Shown here: one piece after another, positions 56,692 to 64,000 of the stretch
Position numbering within the stretch: position 1 is the stretch's first letter
Layout of the letters: each line of letters starts with the position of its first letter
DNA from: Albugo candida
Taxonomy: Eukaryota
Direction: 5' to 3'
DNA: 64,000 bases
Assembly (NCBI GenBank): GCA_040437565.1
Contig: JBDOQK010000003.1
Location: 744,001-808,000, forward strand
The notes under the pieces: generated by a model
What the model saw: the letters and a program-made list of their open reading frames with translations, nothing else
Database searches by the model: none
Told to the model about the DNA's origin: nothing
Made by a program: the position numbers and the translations under genes

Positions 56692-57283
56692 CTGATAATA
56701 TTGCGATTGATTGAGGAATACGTGTACACTGCCAAAGAATTACGAACTGTATCAGGTACACCACACTATTCTACAGTGTTCTTGGTAGAAGTAATGGAAC
56801 TATGTCGTGCTTGTAATGGTAACAGTAAAAATATGCGTTTCTGAGTAGACTTATCGTCCAGCATACCAAGCATGCTTATCCATTGAATGTGCATTTTACT
56901 ATGTGATCCTTCCTATTGAGTTGCTCATTTCGCCTGTCAATAGTCGCATTCAAAGTTTATAACGGTAAATTAAGCCAACTTTCTCGGATGAAGAAACTCA
57001 TCGTTCACTGTTGAGTCCTGCCGGCCTTAGATAGGAGGATGTACTGCATAGAGCGGCTATACCATCTCACAATCTCGTAGCATTGCTGCTACCGCTCTGG
57101 AGATAGTACAAGGACCCTACAGGATGAGTCGAGAAGCAGTAGGTAATTTACCCTCCATCTGAGTCAACGCAATGACACACACTATCACTCTATCGATTCC
57201 TACGACTACATTATACGCGTTATAAACGGAGACATTATCATTTTAGTACGGCGATATACACTATTCTATCAGCAAAAGGCATA

Positions 57284-59814
57284 ATGGTTACATCCGAATC
57301 TCTGTCGGATCTAGCACTGGTGCTTCTCATCATATTTCTACTATCGATTTCGGTCGCTCTCTTATCACTGTTGCGATCACGTGCACATCAGCAAACCTCT
57401 GAGCGAGATTCTCAGTTCATGCGCATTTTCATCAATAGAATATTTCAGACTGAAGCTGCGGAAAACACAACTCGATTAGATCTTGAGAGAAAGTAGGTGT
57501 CTTTAGACCATGTTGTACATTGACGTGTAGGGACTGACGTTTTGTCGTAGCGAGAAAAGCGAAATTCGGTGGAAATGTCAGATTTGCGAGTTTTCCAATA
57601 ACAAAGAAACAGACTATTGTCTCCTTTGTGCTACGAAACGTGGTCAAGGAGCCGAATATAGTATTCTTATGCCCAGTTGTAAAGCTGGTACAAGCACCGA
57701 ATTNNNNNNNNNNNNNNNNNNNNNNNNNNNNNNNNNNNNNNNNNNNNNNNNNNNNNNNNNNNNNNNNNNNNNNNNNNNNNNNNNNNNNNNNNNNNNNNNN
57801 NNNCTCAGTTCATGCGCATTTTCATCAATAGAATATTTCAGACTGAAGCTGCGGAAAACACAACTCGATTAGATCTTGAGAGAAAGTAGGTGTCTTTAGA
57901 CCATGTTGTACATTGACGTGTAGGGACTGACGTTTTGTCGTAGCGAGAAAAGCGAAATTCGGTGGAAATGTCAGATTTGCGAGTTTTCCAATAACAAAGA
58001 AACAGACTATTGTCTCCTTTGTGCTACGAAACGTGGTCAAGGAGCCGAATATAGTATTCTTATGCCCAGTTGTAAAGCTGGTACAAGCACCGAATTCTCG
58101 ACAATGAAAAACACCGCCAAAGCATCAGTGATATTTTCTAGCTCGGATCGGATATCGCTGGAGCAAAAAGCAGAGAAGCTCCTTCCACTGAATAGCCGAC
58201 AAGAATACGCACGGTACATAAGGAATACTTGATCACTCGTGACCTCTCTCATTTTCGTTTTGAAGGAAAAGAAATGAATGGGTTCGACAGATTAGTAATG
58301 ATGGGACGGCAGCTTGGAAACGGCGAGATTTCTTACCCGTAAAAAAAGAAGAGAGTAGAACCTCAAAAACAAGAACAGGTTCAGATGAAACACAACCTAG
58401 CCGAGCTACTTTACTTCCATCGCTTACATCTGTCCCAGTGGGACCTTCGAGTGCGCTCACATCTTCTTTTGCTCTTTCAACAATATCGATGGAACGTGGC
58501 TCGCACGGATATATCACTCGACTTGTACGATCATCCTCGAGTGGTGCGGCACGTCTGACATTTCAAAACGCTAAAGATGTAGATGCATCGACCACCACGC
58601 TAGGAAGATATAAGCTACAGGAAGCGGAACTTGTGAATCTTGAGCAGGGTCCATACGTGCCTTTTGGCAAAAAGCTCGAATGGTTCTTGGAGCAAATGCA
58701 GAGTCTCATCAAAAGCTGGGAACAAGGCCGGCTCAAAATGCGACTCCATCGAGAGAATATTCTAGTTGAATCAATGGAACAACTACTTTCCATTCTGCCA
58801 ACTGATTTGCACTTCCCATTACGGATCGAGTTTATCGATGAGGTGGGTATTGACGCGGGCGGTCTTCAGCGGGAATGGTACGCTTTGCTGTTTTCGAAGA
58901 TTTTGGACGAACAAGTTGGGCTATTTATTGTCTGTCATCGAGAAAATCAATCGCTCTGTTTAAATCCGAATTCGGAGGAGCATTCACCCGACCATTTATT
59001 ATACTTTCGAGGCGTTGGTCGCTTAATTGGACGATCTCTGCTTGATGGTTACACGATGCCTGCCAAGTTTGCTCTACCAATTCTCAAACATCTTCTCGGC
59101 GTTCCCATCACATTCTCCGACCTGCAGTATGTGGATCCAGAAGTGTACTCCAGCATGAAATGGATCCGTGACAACAATGGGATTGAGAGCTTAGAATTGA
59201 CTTTCTCGGTCACTGAAATCCGATATGGTTCGCCAGTGGTGATTGATCTCAAGCCTCGGGGACGCGATATTGCAGTCACAGATGCAAATAAGATGGAATA
59301 CCTGCATTGCCGACTCCGATACTTGACCCTAGATCGGTATGCAAGCCAACTACAAGCGTTCTCTGAAGGGTTTCTCGAAGTAATTCCTCAAGAGAAACTT
59401 ATGATTTTCGATTACCAAGAACTAGAGCTTGTAATGTGTGGATTACCACAGATACATGTCGATGACTGGAAGACCCACTCAGTAATTCATCCTCCCAACT
59501 TTGCCAATTCTGACGTCGTGCGGTGGTTTTGGGAAGTCTTACATGATCTAAATCAGGAAGAGCGTGCACGATTTCTACAGTTTTCTACCGGATCCTCCCG
59601 CGTTCCTGTACAAGGCTTTCGAGCATTGACCAGCTTTGATGGCAGGCTGTGTCCGTTTAATATTCGTCCAATAGCGGATCAATCTCGTGGTTTCCCCAAA
59701 GTGCATACCTGCTTCAATCGAATTGACCTTCCAGTGTACCAGTCCAAAGCAGAGCTGAAAAGCGCCATTGCAATGTTACTGCAGCTGCAATGGACAGAAT
59801 TTAATATCGAGTAG
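57284..59814 (+). CDS. HECT E3 ubiquitin ligase with N-terminal TM helix and RanBP2/NZF zinc finger, 3 exons; spans a gap
   Basis: TM segment LALVLLIIFLLSISVALLSLL; spliced WKCQICEFSNNKETDYCLLC; HECT motifs EVGIDAGGLQREWY, LQFSTGSSRVPVQGF and the catalytic HTCFNRIDLP. Confidence 0.9.
57411..58096. repeat. Gap-flanking duplication 57411-57703 = 57804-58096 (assembly overlap)
   Basis: The same 293 bp lies on both sides of a 100-N gap. Confidence 0.9.
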
Positions 59815-59869
59815 AAGCGTGATTGTCGTGTGTAGGAAATACAATTCTATTTACTGAATTATCTCAACG

Positions 59870-62800
59870 TCAATGTCGACTTGACAAAAGCTCAAACCAT
59901 TGCCGTAACGAGTCGGACAGAATTTCTGGCAAATGCTGGGAACTGGGAAGCAGAACGTAATACGGGAACGGGTACTTTTCGAGGTACGGAATCATTTGAA
60001 TGTTGCCATTCGAAAACTGCACGCGCTTTGTTTCCAAAATGCTATTACCAGCTGCCTTTCCGACTTGGCTTGATGGATGATCATCAACAATCAACAAAAC
60101 AATCAGCTGGTTCTGTTCTGTGGCTTTTTCGATCAGTTTCTTCACCGAAAGCCGTCCATCCGTGTCAAATCGACCATCCGATATCATGAAAACGATTTGC
60201 GTAAAGTCCGGGGCAGAAGCGGTTGACGAGGTATTACATGCTTGTTCCTTTGCTGCTTGAAGCACATGAAGAATTGTATCGATTGTCTGAATCATATTCG
60301 TTCTCTTTTGTTGGAATCCAAATTGAGAAATGATATACCCACCAGCATCATCGGTGAATGGCACATCAAATGCATGCAACAGCTGGAAGGTATGTCCAAA
60401 CTTGACCACTGAAAGCTGACCGACTTCCAACTGCGATAGTGCTCTGCATAATGTCGTCATAGCTTCTAAAGCAAGTCGACCTGCCTGGTTATCCGCCATA
60501 GACTCGGAATCATCAATTGCGATCATAATTTGATAAGCTCGTTTTGATGGTTTTGTACGACGCATCCAAATCTTATCCTTTCGAAAATGAGAAGCGATAT
60601 ACGGAATGACTTTCCGCATATTGATTCGCTTTCCAGTGCGATAATCTCCTTCCAGTTTCGCCCGTAGCATTGGCTCCAGTATCAGCCGAAGTTGCTCACA
60701 CAAACGCTGTGAAGATGGCGAGGTGATAGCTTTATACTTGCACCATAGCTCTACACCTCGAGATAGTTCCATAGAATCAGATTGAGACCAAGTCGATATC
60801 GATTCATCAAGTTCCTCGCGAAGGGTCTGAATCTCTATCTCGGTAGAGTCCATCTCATCTTCTGGGGTCAGTTCTGCATCTTGTGCCGCAGGGTCGATGC
60901 TCTGATGATACGAGTCGTGTCGTTCTTCCTCTATACTTTGCTCATTTTCGCTGATATCCGTGCGCGTTGATTCGAAATTCCTCAGGTCTTGATTCACCTT
61001 ATCTTCATTTGTGTCCCAATCCATCGGCGTGGTCGTGTCATTAGCCATGACAGCCTCAACGTCTGATTTGTCTTCTTCAAGATGCGGTGTGTCCGTTTTT
61101 TCCTCCTTTGATGTTGCATGACCTCCAGTGCCCGAGCCGTTCTCTTCTTTTTCATTCATTGTTTCTTCCTGTGCAGAGCCCGCATCATCCATTTGCAGCT
61201 CATTGTCGTTTGTGGGTGCAAGAGCAAATTGATCACCTTCGCGTTCAATTGTTTCCTGGTCAGCATCCAGCTCAGCTTGCTTGAAATCTGTCGTTTGGGG
61301 TTGAAATGCGTCAAGATCTTCATTGGTAATCTCCCTTTCGATGCAATCCACTCGACGTTTCCAGTGTTCACGAGCAAGCTCTCGATTTTGGTAGGGATTT
61401 GGACCATTGCTTTCTTCCTTCGATAGATCCTTGGGCTGAGGTTGTTGCGGTCCATTGGAGCTAGAGAAGGCATCTGAGGTCCACTGATCGTTGCTTCCAA
61501 TATCATTATTTCCGGTATTTGGCACGGGATTTTGGGCTTTATCGGAGGCATCCTGCTCTGCTTTTTCTTTATCCATTGTCTCCGGCAGCATCGTGTCATC
61601 CTTCTCTACGGATTGCCCTCCACATTGCCCAGCCGCTTCAGCTGCCGTTGAGTCGGAATTATCATTTTCACCGATATCCTCCGCATCCTCTTCTTGTTGG
61701 GTATCCATATCTCCTGAGCCAGCTGCTTTTGCCATATCTTCACTTGTCAGATCTTGCTCGTCAGGTAAGATTGGTTTTTCCGCTTCCTGATCAACTTCGC
61801 TTGTTGCGTCTTGATCGATATCGGAATTGACATCATTACCTTCTTGTGTATCTTCCTCGCAGTTCTCAGGTTCGCCACCATCCAATTCCATGTCTTCAGG
61901 TAGTTCTTCATCGACGTTGTCGGTCTCTATCTCTTCTGCATTATGCATTTCACTTTCTTCAAATTCCCCATGTTCCTTCTCGTAATCATCTTCCCAATCT
62001 GCATTGACAGCATCATCTTCGGTCAATTCGTCAACGGGTTCTGTCTCCTCATTCTTCGATTCCGCTTCTTGGTTCTGTGCTTCACAAGCTTCATCCTTAG
62101 CTTCCGTGCCGTTGTTTTCTTGATCCTCATTTTTACCACGGATCTCATCTTCCATAGCCTGGGCGCCATCAGAGCGTGCATTTTCATCAAACTTCTCCTT
62201 CTCAGGATCAACGTCTTCATTGTCATCGTCAGAATCTTCTCCCCACAGCTTATTGTCGACCAGATTCTCATCCTCCTGATCCACGTCACCCATTTCTCTA
62301 TCCAGCTCCTCTCCGTCATCTTGCTCGTCTTCCTCTTCGTTGTCTTGATCTGGAGCATCCTGCATGGACCCTTCAAAATCATTTTCCATTTCCAACCCGG
62401 TGTCATCTGGAGGCTGTTTTTCTGCAGATTCTGTCTCATTCGTCACTGGATCATCTCGAAGTCCGAGTAACTGCTCTTCATCCTCAATCTGATCACTCAC
62501 ATCCTTCTTCCCTTCTCCTTGACCCATACCCGTGCCATCAAACTCCTTTCCAGCCTGCGTCTCACCGTCTTGTTCATTTTCGTCCTCTCCATCTTCCTCT
62601 TGTCCTCGGCAAAATCCATGCTCTAGTAAGTTCCGGAACACGCGAATGATGATGTAATTAAACTTGACCACTGCCTTATGAGTCAGGATATAATTCACCA
62701 AATATTGCCTGCTAATCAATTGGACCTGCACTATGGAAGGCAGCAGAGCTTGCAACGTTGAAAGACTACTCTTCAAAGTATTTCTCAAGTGATTACTGGA

Positions 62801-64000
62801 GTCGTTCTGCGTCACTTTGTTGTACATTGACATTAGCATACTTTCCAGTGTGTTGAGATGCTCGAGAATTTCCCCAATGCGCGCCTGAGAGATGTCACGC
62901 TCAAGTCTGTGCATCTGAGGAATTATTCCTTCTGGCTGGGTGACAGACTCACTCTCTTTCAGAGCCTGTACAGCCAGCAAGATTGTCTCTAATATCGAGT
63001 CGGACGCTCTTACGAAACGCTGAACGGTATCATCACTTGCATCATCTTTCGTCATAATGGCTTTTGATGCCGATTTTCCCAACCATATCGACTCTTGTTC
63101 ACTCATCTCTTCTACGTAGGGGATAAGCTCACCATAGCCAAAAGATGGAATGATTCGTGCTCGTGTCGTCGTTTCTCGAAGCTTGCACAAACAGCTGAGC
63201 AAACTGTCGATACCTTTTGCGTTCTCAATCAAAATGTCTCGTGATGGTGAGAATTGAGCGCTGACATTTGCCTCCAGCCTTTTGACTAATGCAAAGCCTT
63301 CCTGCAGAATCGACTTTATGGAATCTTTGGTCTCGCAAACGTACTCCGATGTCTCCATTGCGACATTAATCGTTGCTTCAAGTTCCCGCAGAGGTTGCTG
63401 AATATGCAAAATGGTCTCTTTCTGTCGAGCAAACCATTTTGTAACCATACACAAATCCTCTCCTTCCTTTTCCAAATGTATGTCACACCACGTCTTTAAT
63501 TCCCGAAATCGATCAAGAAACTCCACCAACTTGACATGCCGTCGAGTTGTTTGGAGCAGTACTTGACGCTGCTGGAGACAGATATGAAGCATATTCTCCG
63601 AGTATCCACGCAATTGTATCACCTCATGCAATGAAAGATCGGACGAGTACGCTTTCGACACTCGAAATCGTAGAGCTGTCACTTGCTCAACAAGGCGATA
63701 GTAATATAGCTCAGCTCGATCCCAGCTCCATTTCAAAGCTTTGTAGATACCCTCGCCTTTAGCCAATTTGGAAGCAAGTGTACTGATGCTTTTGCTTTCA
63801 GACAAGTCAAGCTCGAGATGTTTGATTTTAGGAGCTTCCAGTGTAAATAGATGCAGCATACACTGCAGCTGTGATGGTAACTGTGCCATCAAATGTCGAA
63901 AACCGTGAGCTTTAAGCTCACCTAATAAGTCCAATAACGCTTTTTTCTTGGCTCCTTTTGGTAGTCTATACGATCGATGCTCCTCAGCGTCACCTGTAGC
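59870..64000 (-). CDS. MDN1: Midasin (Rea1), C-terminal part; the gene continues beyond the window
   Basis: GTGMGQGEGKKDVSDQIEDEEQL, a D/E-rich tail, LCEQLRLILEP...GDYRTGKRINMRKVIPYIAS, MIDAS motif DDSESM and ISDGR. The frame is open to 64000. Confidence 0.96.
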   Translation of the reverse strand, partial: ATGDAEEHRSYRLPKGAKKKALLDLLGELKAHGFRHLMAQLPSQLQCMLHLFTLEAPKIKHLELDLSESKSISTLASKLAKGEGIYKALKWSWDRAELYYYRLVEQVTALRFRVSKAYSSDLSLHEVIQLRGYSENMLHICLQQRQVLLQTTRRHVKLVEFLDRFRELKTWCDIHLEKEGEDLCMVTKWFARQKETILHIQQPLRELEATINVAMETSEYVCETKDSIKSILQEGFALVKRLEANVSAQFSPSRDILIENAKGIDSLLSCLCKLRETTTRARIIPSFGYGELIPYVEEMSEQESIWLGKSASKAIMTKDDASDDTVQRFVRASDSILETILLAVQALKESESVTQPEGIIPQMHRLERDISQARIGEILEHLNTLESMLMSMYNKVTQNDSSNHLRNTLKSSLSTLQALLPSIVQVQLISRQYLVNYILTHKAVVKFNYIIIRVFRNLLEHGFCRGQEEDGEDENEQDGETQAGKEFDGTGMGQGEGKKDVSDQIEDEEQLLGLRDDPVTNETESAEKQPPDDTGLEMENDFEGSMQDAPDQDNEEEDEQDDGEELDREMGDVDQEDENLVDNKLWGEDSDDDNEDVDPEKEKFDENARSDGAQAMEDEIRGKNEDQENNGTEAKDEACEAQNQEAESKNEETEPVDELTEDDAVNADWEDDYEKEHGEFEESEMHNAEEIETDNVDEELPEDMELDGGEPENCEEDTQEGNDVNSDIDQDATSEVDQEAEKPILPDEQDLTSEDMAKAAGSGDMDTQQEEDAEDIGENDNSDSTAAEAAGQCGGQSVEKDDTMLPETMDKEKAEQDASDKAQNPVPNTGNNDIGSNDQWTSDAFSSSNGPQQPQPKDLSKEESNGPNPYQNRELAREHWKRRVDCIEREITNEDLDAFQPQTTDFKQAELDADQETIEREGDQFALAPTNDNELQMDDAGSAQEETMNEKEENGSGTGGHATSKEEKTDTPHLEEDKSDVEAVMANDTTTPMDWDTNEDKVNQDLRNFESTRTDISENEQSIEEERHDSYHQSIDPAAQDAELTPEDEMDSTEIEIQTLREELDESISTWSQSDSMELSRGVELWCKYKAITSPSSQRLCEQLRLILEPMLRAKLEGDYRTGKRINMRKVIPYIASHFRKDKIWMRRTKPSKRAYQIMIAIDDSESMADNQAGRLALEAMTTLCRALSQLEVGQLSVVKFGHTFQLLHAFDVPFTDDAGGYIISQFGFQQKRTNMIQTIDTILHVLQAAKEQACNTSSTASAPDFTQIVFMISDGRFDTDGRLSVKKLIEKATEQNQLIVLLIVDDHPSSQVGKAAGNSILETKRVQFSNGNIQMIPYLEKYPFPYYVLLPSSQHLPEILSDSLRQWFELLSSRH

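Noticed and set aside
56895-57165. U3 snoRNA (box A-like TGATCCTTCCTATTG, GGATGA, TCTGA)
   Set aside because: The box A match breaks the 18S-pairing AGGATCA core, and there is no box B or C'/D terminal stem.
60780-62650. Long antisense and alternative-frame ORFs over midasin
   Set aside because: They are by-products of the D/E-rich codon bias of the real gene.
1-64000. CRISPR arrays, rRNA, tRNA, intact transposons or prokaryotic operons
   Set aside because: None seen. The genes have spliceosomal introns, and no repeat-spacer pattern, cloverleaf or transposase motif was recognised.

Overview
This is eukaryotic, intron-containing genomic DNA, not prokaryotic. By inference it is an oomycete, probably Albugo-like: genes are very tightly packed, GT-AG introns are mostly about 50-70 nt, there is an oomycete INR+FPR core promoter, a HAD-IGPD fusion of the Phytophthora HIS3 type, and a TM-NZF-HECT ligase. 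About 30 protein genes are present, mostly housekeeping: HisB-like fusion, CWF19L2, NADP-ADH, TsaE, FSIP1-like, AGC kinase, eIF3E, PH/WW protein, EMC4, EF-hand protein, RPN10, CWC27, NADPH oxidase, HemK/PrmC, TEX9, SYP7-type syntaxin, U1-C, spermidine synthase, RPS11, kinesin-12, NF-YB, NPC1-like, TPR-2OG-fold protein, HECT E3 and the 3' part of midasin. Nine 100-N scaffold gaps occur; seven are flanked by apparently identical duplications, which are assembly overlaps and not biology. The most interesting signals are: (1) a 123-nt hairpin filling the unusually long eIF3E intron; (2) a structured, H/ACA-like element in the long RPS11 intron; (3) a nested-stem intergenic RNA candidate near 57.0 kb; (4) a spliced bacterial-type TsaE with a presequence-like N-terminus; (5) a protein with about five bacterial SH3b-like repeats; (6) a TPR-fused PHD/EGLN-like pseudo-oxygenase; and (7) an NPC1-like protein lacking its N-terminal sterol-binding domain. 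All calls come from reading motifs by eye; no database searches or folding programs were run.
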